Source: Bacteroides sp. | GTDB taxonomy: Bacteria; Bacteroidota; Bacteroidia; Bacteroidales; Bacteroidaceae | DNA: 64,000 nt | Assembly: GCA_041855205.1 (NCBI GenBank) | Contig: JBHADT010000027.1 | Coordinates: 42,301 to 106,300, forward strand | Direction: 5' to 3' | In this document: in pieces, positions 20,642 through 30,822 of the stretch | How positions within the stretch are numbered: position 1 is the stretch's first letter | Layout of the letters: the number at the start of each line of letters is the position of its first letter | Notes under the pieces: model-generated | Databases searched by the model: none | What the model saw: only the letters and a program-made list of their open reading frames with translations | What the model was told of the DNA's origin: nothing | Translations under genes and position numbers: made by a program

Positions 20642-21511
20642 ATGAAATTCGCCTTATTCGGCAATACCTACCAAGCCAAAAAAGCCACACATGTGGCTAC
20701 CTTGCTGAATCTGCTGAAGCAGTACGAAGCAGAAGTCTGCATTTGCCGGGAATTCCATCGGTTTCTGACATCGGAATTGCATTTGGACATCACTCCCGTG
20801 GAGTTGTTCGACGGAAATGAATTCAGTGCCGACATGGTTATCTGTATGGGTGGAGACGGCACTTTCCTGAAAGCGGCAGCACGCGTAGGCAGAAAAGACA
20901 TTCCCATTCTGGGCATCAACACCGGTCGTTTGGGTTTTTTGGCGGACATATCTCCCGAGGAGATGAAAACGACGCTCGATGAAATTCATGACAATCGATA
21001 CACCGTGGAGGAACGTAGCGTGCTGCAACTCCGCAGCGAAAACACCCGTTTCGCACAGTCGCCCTATGCGCTGAACGAGATAGCCGTATTGAAACGAGAC
21101 AGCTCATCGATGATAAGCATCCATGCCGCCATCAACGGCGCACCGCTCACCACTTATCAGGCAGACGGACTGGTGGTAGCCACCCCTACCGGGTCCACCG
21201 CCTATTCGCTCAGCGTGGGCGGTCCGGTGATAGTGCCTCACAGCAAGACCATAGCCATTACTCCTGTGGCTCCACACAGCCTGAATGTGCGTCCCATCGT
21301 AATTTGCGATGATTGGGAAATAACGCTCGATGTGGAGAGTCGCAGTCACAACTTTCTGGTGGCGATAGACGGACGGAGCGAATCTTGTCCGGAAAACACC
21401 CGTTTGCATATTTCACGCGCAGATTACAGTATCAAAGTGGTCAAACGCTTCAACCACATATTCTTCGATACATTACGCAATAAACTGATGTGGGGGGCTG
21501 ATATCCGCTGA
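20642..21511 (+). CDS. nadK: NAD kinase
   Basis: [37 protein letters not shown]. Start moved to MKFALFG. Confidence 0.96.
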   Translation: MKFALFGNTYQAKKATHVATLLNLLKQYEAEVCICREFHRFLTSELHLDITPVELFDGNEFSADMVICMGGDGTFLKAAARVGRKDIPILGINTGRLGFLADISPEEMKTTLDEIHDNRYTVEERSVLQLRSENTRFAQSPYALNEIAVLKRDSSSMISIHAAINGAPLTTYQADGLVVATPTGSTAYSLSVGGPVIVPHSKTIAITPVAPHSLNVRPIVICDDWEITLDVESRSHNFLVAIDGRSESCPENTRLHISRADYSIKVVKRFNHIFFDTLRNKLMWGADIR

Positions 21512-21631
21512 CAAATTTACTTGTAGAAGATGCCTGGATTCAGCATAAAATTATTCAATACGTTTGCAAAGATTTTTTCCACGCAGTTGTAAACGACTGA
21601 CAGTCAATCTACCGGAAGACGGATGAGAAAC

Positions 21632-21805
21632 ATTCCCGTACCACACCCGTGTGGTTCCGGAAACCGTACCCGTGCGGTTCGAATACCATACCTGCGCGGT
21701 TCGAGTACCGCTCCTGTGTCGTTCTCCGGATATACTACGGAGCTGTCAGGGGCTTGTCCGGAGCCGAACGGGAGCCACCCCGGTCAGGGAATCTTCCCGG
21801 ACTTC
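21632..21805 (-). repeat. Dispersed intergenic repeat, copy B
   Basis: Reverse complement shares the exact blocks agtatatccggagaacg, atggtattcgaaccg and accacacggg with 6801-6970. Confidence 0.85.
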
Positions 21806-22007
21806 TTTTCTCTCTCGAACCGGGGTAGAAGATGAACTAATACACAGGTAATGAACAGGCGATGTACCAACTCCTTACCAGAAGCATCGTCCGACCGTGA
21901 CAAACATTCTCTTTTTTTTAGATGAAATCATTCCGGATACATTTCGGAAAGAAAGAATTGATCCGGCATACGACAAGGACCGGAAAACACATCCGCCGGT
22001 CTATCTC

Positions 22008-22508
22008 TCAACGGCGAAGGGCAAAGAAATTCCGCATCAACATAGAGCATTCTTCGGCAAGCACCCCCTTGGTCACCACGGTTTTAGGATGCAGAGCTTC
22101 CGGGGCGTATCTCTGATAGCCGCGCTTATCGTCCTCCGCGCCAAAGACCAAACGTCCTGCCTGCGCCCAGGCAATGGCACCGGCGCACATCACACAAGGT
22201 TCCACCGTTACATAGAGCGTACAGTCTCTCAGATATTTTCCTCCCAATGCGGACGACGCGGCCGTAATGGCTTGCATTTCAGCATGTGCGGTGACATCTG
22301 TCAGCGCTTCAGTGAGATTGTGTGCACGGGCAATAATGCGTTCCCGACACACGATCACCACACCCACGGGTACTTCACCCCGCTCATACGCCTTTCGAGC
22401 CTCGGCAAGCGCCTGTTTCATATAATAAGTGTCATCCAAGTCTTCGTCTCCTTCTCTTTTAGGTATTACGTAAGCGAATGGGAGGTTGCTTTCGCAAAAG
22501 ACGGTCAC
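22008..22508 (-). CDS. tadA: tRNA adenosine deaminase / nucleoside deaminase
   Basis: EVPVG, AHAE, TVEPCVMC zinc motifs. The true start may be TTG at 22439 (LDDTYYMKQAL). Confidence 0.9.
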   Translation of the reverse strand: MTVFCESNLPFAYVIPKREGDEDLDDTYYMKQALAEARKAYERGEVPVGVVIVCRERIIARAHNLTEALTDVTAHAEMQAITAASSALGGKYLRDCTLYVTVEPCVMCAGAIAWAQAGRLVFGAEDDKRGYQRYAPEALHPKTVVTKGVLAEECSMLMRNFFALRR

Positions 22509-22738
22509 CGCCTCATGTCATGCTCGCCAAACAGCGTAGGGTAATCTTCATTCATTTTCTTATAAATAAACATCAGTACCGTTTCCCGGAGCCAGCGCGA
22601 CTTATTCGTTATCTTATACTTTTCCAAGTAACGATCCACCATACGCATTTCCTCTTCGCTCATCAGGCACACCATCCGTTGACGGCGTTTCGGTTCATCG
22701 GGATTGCACTTTGCATTTATTTTCGTTCGCTTTCTCAT
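22505..22738 (-). CDS. Small basic protein, predicted ribbon-helix-helix DNA-binding fold
   Basis: 77 aa; RMVCLM strand, SEEEMRMVDRYLEKY helix, NKSRWLRETV helix; has its own promoter elements and overlaps the tadA ORF by 4 nt. Confidence 0.6.
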   Translation of the reverse strand: MRKRTKINAKCNPDEPKRRQRMVCLMSEEEMRMVDRYLEKYKITNKSRWLRETVLMFIYKKMNEDYPTLFGEHDMRR

Positions 22739-22744
22739 ATCATC

Positions 22745-22798
22745 TGCAAAAATACTTTTACTTCGGTAAATACAAAGCGGAAAAAATGTATTTTTGCA
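22745..22798. promoter_or_regulatory. Back-to-back divergent promoters forming an 11-bp inverted repeat
   Basis: tgcaaaaatac (22745-22755) and gtatttttgca (22788-22798); each contains TATTTTTG, facing outward. Confidence 0.7.
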
Positions 22799-23008
22799 TA
22801 CTGACAGTCAAGATATTGCTGTGCATACGGTATTTCTGCGTTTCGGTTACGCCAAATACCCGCCGCGGGAATTTTCTTCCTCTCTTTTCCGGTAAACAGT
22901 TTTTTAAGATTCATACACCGGAGACGAAGCGCCCCGCAAACGAACCGACCGGAAGGTCCCGCTTTCTTTCCCGACCGGGAGCAGAACGGCCGCAAACCAC
23001 ATAAGACA

Positions 23009-23374
23009 ATGGCAACACACAACATACTCGGACAAGCGGGAGAAACAGCCGCTGCCGATTACTTAATAAAAAACGGTTACCTTATCCTGCACCGGAACTG
23101 GAGGAAGAATCATCTTGAACTGGACATCGTCGCCAGCAAAAACGACGAGTTGGTGATAGTGGAGGTGAAAACCCGCAGAAACACCGATTACATCGAACCG
23201 CACGAAGCGGTAGACTGGCGTAAGATCAGACACATCGTGATAGCAGCGGACGCTTACATCAAACACTTCCACATCGACGCTTTCGTACGCTTCGACATCA
23301 TAACTGTGGTAGGGACGGACGGAAAGTTCGAAATCAAACACATCGAAGACGCTTTCCATCCTCCTCTATTTTGA
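23009..23374 (+). CDS. yraN: YraN (UPF0102) family endonuclease-like protein
   Basis: GQAGE, RNWR…ELDIV, VEVKTR, RFDII motifs. Confidence 0.92.
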   Translation: MATHNILGQAGETAAADYLIKNGYLILHRNWRKNHLELDIVASKNDELVIVEVKTRRNTDYIEPHEAVDWRKIRHIVIAADAYIKHFHIDAFVRFDIITVVGTDGKFEIKHIEDAFHPPLF

Positions 23375-23473
23375 AAACGAACACCACAGATACAAAAGAA
23401 GGTTTTTCACAGAAACTCCTACCCCTGAAAGAATAAACAATAACTAAGAACTTCACACAAACGATACTGCACA

Positions 23474-23830
23474 ATGAATGTAGAAACTGCACGGGAATAT
23501 TGTCTCTCCAAGAAAGCGACGACCGAATGTCTGCCGTTCGACGAGTATTCGCTCGTCATAAAGGTCATGGGCAAGATGTTTGCACTCATCGACCTGGAAA
23601 GTGCCGGCAAAATAAGCCTAAAATGCAATCCCGAATATGCTCTCGAACTACGCGAACATTACGCCGGCATCCAAGGGGCTTATCACTTCAACAAGAAACA
23701 CTGGAATCAAGTGGATTTCAACTCGGATGTCGACGATACGCTGATCTGCCGACTAATAGATCATGCTTACGATGAGGTACTGAAAAAACTCACCCGAAAA
23801 ACAAGAGCCGAATATGAAAACCTCCCCTGA
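23474..23830 (+). CDS. MmcQ/YjbR-family DNA-binding protein
   Basis: KVMGKMFA, LKC, AYHFNKKHWN motifs. Confidence 0.9.
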   Translation: MNVETAREYCLSKKATTECLPFDEYSLVIKVMGKMFALIDLESAGKISLKCNPEYALELREHYAGIQGAYHFNKKHWNQVDFNSDVDDTLICRLIDHAYDEVLKKLTRKTRAEYENLP

Positions 23831-24602
23831 AACAGTTTCTTTCCCACTTATCATACTTCCGGAAACAGACTCCACCAACCGTTGCCTCACCAGCCTGTGC
23901 AACGAACAGGGAGATGCTGTGAAACCTTTTACTACCGTGCTCGCACGGCATCAAACCGCCGGGAAAGGACAGAGGGGGAACAGTTGGGAAGCCGAATCGG
24001 GACAGAACATCACGTGCAGCATGGTTGTTTATCCTCTCTTCATCGAAGCACGCAAACAGTTCATCCTTTCGCAAATTGTTTCACTCGCCATTAAAGAGGA
24101 ACTCGACCTGTACATACAGGGAATCAGCATCAAATGGCCCAACGACATCTATCTTGGAGAGAAAAAGATCTGCGGTATCCTCATTGAGAACGACCTCTCG
24201 GGTAACCGTATCGGCAGAAGCATTATCGGAGTCGGACTCAACGTCAACCAAGAAATATTCCGGAGTAATGCACCCAATCCCATATCGCTCAAGCAGGCAA
24301 CCGGGCAGGAACATGACATCATGCAGATACTCTCCGGCATCGTTTCCCGCATCGAAAGGTATTACAATCTATTGAGGGATGAGGAAGTAGCCGGAATATA
24401 CGAAAGCATCTCCCGGCAATACAACTGCGCACAGTTCCGCAAAGAGGGTTTTCATACTTATGCCGACGAAGAGGGGACGTTTTTAGCCCGGCTCCTGCAT
24501 GTGGAAACAGACGGACGCCTGATACTGATAGATACCGGGGGCAGACAACGCGGCTATCTGTTCAAAGAAGTAAGATATATGTCAGAGGAATCCGCCACGT
24601 AA
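23814..24602 (+). CDS. birA: Biotin--protein ligase (no N-terminal HTH)
   Basis: DSTN, QTAGKGQRGNSW, IKWPND, KICGILIE, GVGLNV. Confidence 0.95.
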   Translation: MKTSPETVSFPLIILPETDSTNRCLTSLCNEQGDAVKPFTTVLARHQTAGKGQRGNSWEAESGQNITCSMVVYPLFIEARKQFILSQIVSLAIKEELDLYIQGISIKWPNDIYLGEKKICGILIENDLSGNRIGRSIIGVGLNVNQEIFRSNAPNPISLKQATGQEHDIMQILSGIVSRIERYYNLLRDEEVAGIYESISRQYNCAQFRKEGFHTYADEEGTFLARLLHVETDGRLILIDTGGRQRGYLFKEVRYMSEESAT

Positions 24603-24633
24603 TGCAACGGGATGCGCAGACGGAGAATCCGGA

Positions 24634-25314
24634 TTATTTCATCTCCGTTTCCAAACGGGTAATTTTTTCTAAGGTACTGTTCGCCTCAACGGAAGGAAAA
24701 CGCTTCAGTACACGCCGAAGGCAGTCTCTCGCCTTATAATAGTCTGTGGTAAGGAGTTCCAGAAGTGCCTCCCTATATCGTGCGTATTGCATACGTGTGG
24801 GAGAAATAATCTTCTTGAAATTCGTCTCCAGATGCTTCTGGGTGCGTTCGGCCTGCAAATAGTGATAGTTACCAAGGAAGATGTTTGCTTTCAGATTATC
24901 AATGTCCAGCTTCAACACTTTCTCGTACAGTTCCGCCGCATGTTTTTCCCTGCCTCGCATCAACTCCATTTCCGCGCAATCAGCCAGCACGTCTATTTCA
25001 TCGGGGTGATGCTGTAAATATTCTCTATAAAAAAGATAGGCCTTGTCATAATCCAGCTTCTTCTTATACAGCGCGGCAAGCTCCATAGCCAAGCGAGGGA
25101 GCACGGGAGTGCTCTTATCTACCCTTGTCCAATAAAACATCTCGGTTTGAGACAGACTGCTGTTTGCCGACTGCCGAAATAAGCTTACCGCATAGTCATT
25201 GCGTCCCTCCTCCAATGCTGCCGCCAGTTTTTCCAGCAATTCGTCCACTGATTGGGCGGCAAGCGGTGAAAAGGAAAGCGAACAGAGAACCAAAAAGAGA
25301 GTCAAGGTTTTCAT
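24634..25314 (-). CDS. Secreted TPR-repeat protein
   Basis: Signal peptide MKTLTLFLVLCSLSFSPLAA; helical TPR-like repeats; -7 element TAACTTTG at 25347-25354 (minus) supports the later start. Confidence 0.75.
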   Translation of the reverse strand: MKTLTLFLVLCSLSFSPLAAQSVDELLEKLAAALEEGRNDYAVSLFRQSANSSLSQTEMFYWTRVDKSTPVLPRLAMELAALYKKKLDYDKAYLFYREYLQHHPDEIDVLADCAEMELMRGREKHAAELYEKVLKLDIDNLKANIFLGNYHYLQAERTQKHLETNFKKIISPTRMQYARYREALLELLTTDYYKARDCLRRVLKRFPSVEANSTLEKITRLETEMK

Positions 25315-25613
25315 TAAGGCGTTCATATATAGGCTGATTATCACTACAAAGTTACTCATAAAATTCAACATTCCGGATTGTCGTTCACTTCTTTTAGCCG
25401 AATATTAAAATCTATTTTCATTTCTTTGTCAAAGCACTTTCCTTATTCACTCCTCATCTTTTGAGACTGTCGCACGAAAACGGTTTATTCCGTACTCTCA
25501 TCCGCACACTCCCTCTCCCATTTACCGCATCATATCTTCAGGTGTTCAAGAAACTATTCCGGATAGAAAAACAAGCACAGGAAACCGACAGGAGTTCAAC
25601 AACACATATTCCT

Positions 25614-25719
25614 TAAACATTAATAAAACTTTATTCTACAAAAATAAAAGCCTTCTTCTCTTTTTAAAGAAACAAAGAACAATCGATGTCAGGACTAAAA
25701 AAACACAGCTATAACTTTG
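25614..25719 (+). promoter_or_regulatory. Promoter of the first susC/susD pair with putative activator boxes
   Basis: -7 TAACTTTG at 25712-25719, no TTTG at -33; boxes at 25614, 25635 and 25661-25684 align by position with boxes at 35461, 35482 and 35508-35531. Confidence 0.55.
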
Positions 25720-25772
25720 CAACTATCGGGAGGGTCTCCGAACGAAAACAAAACAAACCTTATTTAATGATT

Positions 25773-28700
25773 ATGAAAAATATCAGAAAAGTCTTACTCA
25801 CGACAAGCTTTCTCTTTGTCTGCGCGTGCATTCATGCGCAAAGTCTCACAGTCAAAGGAAAAATCACTGACAACGAAGGCTACGAAGTAATCGGTGCCAA
25901 CATCATCGTCAAAGGCAGTCCGGGCACAGGAACCATCAGCGATTTGAACGGAGAATACACGCTGAAGGTAAATAATGCGGAAAAGGATATCCTTGTGTTC
26001 ACTTACATAGGGATGGAAAAAACAGAGGTTCCCGTAAAGGGCAGGAACCGGATAGACGTCACGATGAAGTCCGACGCGTTGATGTTGGATGAGGTGGTGG
26101 CCATCGGATACGACTTTGCCAAACGTAAGGACCTGACCGGCTCGGTGGTTTCCGTTAAAAGCGAAGAGTTGCTCAAAGTTCCCACTTCGGACGTCACACA
26201 GGCATTGGCAGGACGCGTATCGGGTGTTCAGGTATTGCAGAGCGAAGGTGCTCCGGGAGCATCTATCTCCATCCGTGTGCGCGGCGGTATCTCCATCACG
26301 CAAAGCAACGAGCCTCTGTACGTCATCGACGGCTTTCCGAGTGAGGATGGCATGGCAAGCCTCGACCCCGCAGAAATCGAGACTATAGACATACTGAAAG
26401 ACGCCTCCTCGACCGCCATCTACGGTGCGCGCGGAGCAAACGGAGTAGTGGTAATCACAACCAAAAACGGCAACAAGAGAGAGCAGAATATGACTGTTTC
26501 TTTCGATAGTTACATCGGTTTTCAAAAAATGACGCGAAAACTGGGTGTACTCTCTCCACAGGAGTTCGTGTTGCTGGACTATGAACGCACCATAGGTCTC
26601 GCCACCAAAGACACGGAAATAGAGGCTTTCGAGAAACGCTACGGCAAGTTCGAAGACATAGCCGCCAACTACGGCAACCGTCCGGGTATCGACTGGCAGA
26701 AAGAAGCGCTGGGTCGCACCGCACTCACACAAAACTACCGCGTAAGTATAGCGGGCGGAACGGATAAACTGAAATACAATGCGGCATACTCTTACTTCAA
26801 GAATGAGGGAGCCATGGTGTATAGCGGAAACAAGAAGCACAATATCAACATGAATCTGAGCCACAAAGCTTCGGACAGACTTTCGGTAAACGCGCGCATT
26901 GCCTTCGACCAGCGCAAGGTGTACGGTATGGGAACCTCCGAAGAGGGAAACCGGTTCAATAAAATGCAACACATACTCCAATATCGACCCACTATCGGCA
27001 TTTCGGGAGACGACCGCGCACTCCTCGATGACGAAGATCCATTGTTGGCAGACGATACGGGCAACGTGATGCAGAATCCTATTCTCTCTGCTTCCGAGGA
27101 AATCAAAAACAAAGAATACCGTACGTTCCAGGCAAACGGTGGGTTCACTCTCCAACTTTTCAAAGGATTGAGTTTCCGCAACAACACGGGCATGATGTAT
27201 CAGACACAGCGTGAGGAAGTGTTCTTTGGCGATAAGTCTGTCACTGCCAAACGATCGAGCATCAACGGTAGTCTGGGCAATACGGAGAACGGAAGTTTCC
27301 AGACCTCTAATGTGCTAAGCTACAACCTGAAGAGTAAAAAGAACAGTCTGACCGCCATGTTGGGACACGAATACGTCAACCGATGGACACGCTATTTCAA
27401 AGCATCGGCAAGCAATTTTCCCAACGATGAGATCGGACTGAACGACCTCTCCTTGGGAACACCGGGTATACCGGAATCCAAAGTAAACTACGACGACAAG
27501 TTGCTTTCGTTCTTCGGACGCGTAAACTATGGTTATGCCGACAAGTATCTGTTTACCGCATCGTTGCGTGCCGACGGTTCTTCCAAGTTCGGGAAAAACA
27601 ACAAGTGGGGTTACTTCCCCTCCGTTTCGGGTGCGTGGCGTCTGATAGAGGAAGATTTCATCCGCAGACTGAATGTCTTCTCCGACTTGAAATTCCGTGT
27701 AGGCTACGGCATGGCGGGGAATAACCGCATAGGAAGTTACAACAGCCTCGCCATCCTGTCTTCCGTAACAGCTCCCAGCGGACACAGTACGGCGCCCGGA
27801 TATGCCTTCAACCAGATTCCGAATCCGGATCTGAAATGGGAAGCCAACAAAACATTCAACCTCGGCTTCGATTTCGGTTTCTTTAAACAACGTCTCACCA
27901 TTTCTCCGGAATTCTACATCAACCGTAGCAGTAACCTGCTGCTTGCCGCACAACTTCCCACCTCTTCGGGGCACCGCAGTATGATTGTGAATGCCGGAGC
28001 CACCGAGAACAAGGGTATAGACCTGACAATAAACTCCATCAACATCGCCACAAAGGATTTCAATTGGAGCACTAACCTCACATTCTCGCACAATAAGAAT
28101 ACGGTGAAAGAGCTGACCGGAGAATCCGTTCAGTTATGGGAGGCGAGATTCGGATATGAACAGAACACGCACATCATATCCGTGGGAAGAGCTTTGGGCG
28201 AGATGTACGGATTCGTAACCGCAGGATTGTATCAGGTAGAGGATTTCGACTATAACCCCACTACCAAGAAGTATTTGCTCAAAAAAGGGATTCCCTATGC
28301 CGGCAAGTGGGAAAACGTGCAACCCGGTATGTGGAAGTTTGCCAATCTCGACGGAGACGGCAAGGTGGATGCAGACAATACGCCGCTCATAACCGAGGAG
28401 GACAAGAAAGTCATCGGTAACGCTTCACCTAAGTTTTACGGGGGAATCAACAATAACTTCAGATACAAGAATTTCGATTTAAGCATCTTTCTTACTTACA
28501 GCGTAGGCAACGACGTGCTGAACGCCACTAAACTCACCAATACGAAAACCGCGCAAACCAATAAGAACGTTCTGGACATCTGCAACAGTTCGCGCCGGTG
28601 GATGACAATCAATCAAAAAGGAGAAATCGTGACAGACCCCGCCGAACTGGCAGCGTTGAATGCGGGAAAAGACATAGCCGCTTATTACGACATGGAAGTG

Positions 28701-28979
28701 GGAGACACCTACATCCATTCGTGGGCGGTGGAAGACGGTTCGTATCTGAAGTTGAGCAACATCACACTCGGGTACACATTCCCCCGCAAGAAACTCACCA
28801 AGATGGGAATCAGTTCTCTGCGCCTGTATGCCACTGCAAGCAACCTGTACACATGGACTAAATACAGCGGCTTCGACCCCGAGGTTTCCACACGGGGCAA
28901 CAGTCTGACACCGGGCGTAGACTTCGGAGGTTATCCGCGCAGCCGCTCGTTCGTGTTCGGAATCAACTTATCTTTCTAA
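25773..28979 (+). CDS. susC: SusC/RagA TonB-dependent transporter (copy 1)
   Basis: Signal peptide; LDEVVAIGY, PLYVIDG, ILKDASSTAIYGARGANGVVVITTK, NPDLKWE; terminal Phe. Start moved past the -7 element. Confidence 0.95.
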   Translation: MKNIRKVLLTTSFLFVCACIHAQSLTVKGKITDNEGYEVIGANIIVKGSPGTGTISDLNGEYTLKVNNAEKDILVFTYIGMEKTEVPVKGRNRIDVTMKSDALMLDEVVAIGYDFAKRKDLTGSVVSVKSEELLKVPTSDVTQALAGRVSGVQVLQSEGAPGASISIRVRGGISITQSNEPLYVIDGFPSEDGMASLDPAEIETIDILKDASSTAIYGARGANGVVVITTKNGNKREQNMTVSFDSYIGFQKMTRKLGVLSPQEFVLLDYERTIGLATKDTEIEAFEKRYGKFEDIAANYGNRPGIDWQKEALGRTALTQNYRVSIAGGTDKLKYNAAYSYFKNEGAMVYSGNKKHNINMNLSHKASDRLSVNARIAFDQRKVYGMGTSEEGNRFNKMQHILQYRPTIGISGDDRALLDDEDPLLADDTGNVMQNPILSASEEIKNKEYRTFQANGGFTLQLFKGLSFRNNTGMMYQTQREEVFFGDKSVTAKRSSINGSLGNTENGSFQTSNVLSYNLKSKKNSLTAMLGHEYVNRWTRYFKASASNFPNDEIGLNDLSLGTPGIPESKVNYDDKLLSFFGRVNYGYADKYLFTASLRADGSSKFGKNNKWGYFPSVSGAWRLIEEDFIRRLNVFSDLKFRVGYGMAGNNRIGSYNSLAILSSVTAPSGHSTAPGYAFNQIPNPDLKWEANKTFNLGFDFGFFKQRLTISPEFYINRSSNLLLAAQLPTSSGHRSMIVNAGATENKGIDLTINSINIATKDFNWSTNLTFSHNKNTVKELTGESVQLWEARFGYEQNTHIISVGRALGEMYGFVTAGLYQVEDFDYNPTTKKYLLKKGIPYAGKWENVQPGMWKFANLDGDGKVDADNTPLITEEDKKVIGNASPKFYGGINNNFRYKNFDLSIFLTYSVGNDVLNATKLTNTKTAQTNKNVLDICNSSRRWMTINQKGEIVTDPAELAALNAGKDIAAYYDMEVGDTYIHSWAVEDGSYLKLSNITLGYTFPRKKLTKMGISSLRLYATASNLYTWTKYSGFDPEVSTRGNSLTPGVDFGGYPRSRSFVFGINLSF

Positions 28980-29001
28980 CAATCTGACCTTCTAAAACCA
29001 A

Positions 29002-30693
29002 ATGACAATGAAAAAACATACACTTATATGCTGCATGACAAGCGCCATGCTGGGATTCGGACTTAGCGCCTGCGAAGATTTACTTACCGAAAATCCCGAT
29101 TCCTCGTACAAGGAAGAGCAGTTCTTCACCTCTGTGGGCAACGCCCGCATGGCTATCACGAGTATCTACGACTCGTTCTCTAAGGTAGAGCATTACGGAC
29201 AATTCGAGATGGCAATGCCTGCTTCCGACGACACCTATTATATAAACGGTACGGGAACGGACAATACCCGCCGCGACATCGCCCACTACATGGTGAAAAA
29301 TACCAACACATGGATTAAATCGGTGTGGGAATACAAATATCAGGGTATAGACCGCGCAAGTTACGCCATCAGAAACATTGAGCGGATGCCGGGTTACGAA
29401 GAGAATAAGAGTTTACAGAGCATGGTAGCCGAGGCACGCTTTCTGCGTGCGTTCCTCTCGTTCGATTTAGTCAGATATTGGGGAGACGTTCCCTACAAGA
29501 TTACGCCCACTTACAGCCTCGACGAGGCTTTCACGGGGCGTGTCAGCCGCGAGGATATTTACGACTACATTGTCAAGGACCTCGATTTCGCCAAGAACAA
29601 TCTGGAGTGGGCGGATGCGAACTCCTCGCCCGAACAGCCCACTCAAGGAGCCGCCCGCGCACTACTGATGCGTGTATTGTTGCAACGCGCCGGTTACAGC
29701 CTGCAAACGGACGGAAAACTTTCACGTCCGGACGAAGCCAAGCGAAAGGCTTATTTCGAAGCAGTAACCCAGGAGTGGAAAGCCTTCTCAATCAAAGGAT
29801 ACCATGACTTCTACAATGGAGGCTATACGGAGTTGTTCAAATCGTTCTCCGCCGGAGAACCGAACAGCAGAGAAAGCTTGTTTGAGATAGCTTTCTACAC
29901 TCCTGACGGCAATCCCGAAGATGCGGGCATGTGGGGAACATACAACGGTCCGCTCGTAGCCGCCCCGGTCATTAAAGCCAATGAGACAGGCAGTTTCATG
30001 GGGCGTGCCAATGCATTCTTCCGCGTGGTTCCCGAATGGAAAGCATTCTTTGAACCTACGGACGAACGCAGGGATGTGATGGTGTGTACCTATCAGTATA
30101 AATGGGATAAGAACAAATACACGCATGTAAAGACCGAGAATAAAAACGGAAAAGACTGGTATCCCGGTAAGTGGCGCAGAGAGTGGATGCCCATAGGGTT
30201 TATCAATCCCAACAACGTAAACGTAAACTTCTGTACGTTACGTTATGCAGATGTAATATTGATGGCTGCCGAAGCCTACAACGAACTCGGGCAGACGGCA
30301 GAGGCGTGGCTGATGCTGAACAGTGTACGCGAGCGCGCCAAAGCTTCTCCCATCACGTCCGTCAACTATGATCAACTGTTGAAAGCTCCGAAGGTAAAAG
30401 ATTTGCCCTTCATCTCCGATGACGACGAACAGGGAAAGTTCCGCACCGCACTGTACTGGGAACGCGCTTTCGAACTTGCTTTCGAAGGACAGCGCAAGTT
30501 CGACCTCATCCGTTGGGGAATTCTCAAGGAAGCGTTGGAACTGATGGGTAAGAACAGCGTTGTGAACAAAACGCAACTTTTGTATCCTGCCTACGAGAAT
30601 TTCGTGACGGGTAAGCATGAGTTGTTCCCCATTCCGCTATCGGAACTCCAGAGCAATCCCAAACTGGAGAATAAGAACAATCCGCAATACTAA
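29002..30693 (+). CDS. susD: SusD/RagB glycan-binding lipoprotein (copy 1)
   Basis: Lipobox FGLSAC; EARFLRA, LRYADVILMAAEA, ERAFELAFEGQRKFDLIRWG, FPIP. Confidence 0.93.
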   Translation: MTMKKHTLICCMTSAMLGFGLSACEDLLTENPDSSYKEEQFFTSVGNARMAITSIYDSFSKVEHYGQFEMAMPASDDTYYINGTGTDNTRRDIAHYMVKNTNTWIKSVWEYKYQGIDRASYAIRNIERMPGYEENKSLQSMVAEARFLRAFLSFDLVRYWGDVPYKITPTYSLDEAFTGRVSREDIYDYIVKDLDFAKNNLEWADANSSPEQPTQGAARALLMRVLLQRAGYSLQTDGKLSRPDEAKRKAYFEAVTQEWKAFSIKGYHDFYNGGYTELFKSFSAGEPNSRESLFEIAFYTPDGNPEDAGMWGTYNGPLVAAPVIKANETGSFMGRANAFFRVVPEWKAFFEPTDERRDVMVCTYQYKWDKNKYTHVKTENKNGKDWYPGKWRREWMPIGFINPNNVNVNFCTLRYADVILMAAEAYNELGQTAEAWLMLNSVRERAKASPITSVNYDQLLKAPKVKDLPFISDDDEQGKFRTALYWERAFELAFEGQRKFDLIRWGILKEALELMGKNSVVNKTQLLYPAYENFVTGKHELFPIPLSELQSNPKLENKNNPQY

Positions 30694-30759
30694 GCATACG
30701 ATTCCCGCCTGCTATTGCCACAAGGTTCATTGAGAGGCAAAGACTCCTCAACGGCTTGT

Positions 30760-30822
30760 TATCCGGTGCCGGAAAACGCATGTTTCCTCCGTTCAGGAAA
30801 CCCCGTTTTCCGGTACCGGATA
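30760..30822. repeat. Long interrupted stem-loop downstream of susD copy 1
   Basis: tatccggtgccggaaaacg…cgttttccggtaccggata (19-bp arms, one G-U) enclosing gtttcct/aggaaac. Confidence 0.7.

Noticed and set aside
22745-22798. Invertible (phase-variable) promoter
   Set aside because: The 11-bp inverted repeat consists of the two -7 elements themselves, the spacer is only 32 nt and no recombinase is nearby. Read mapping would be needed to exclude it fully.
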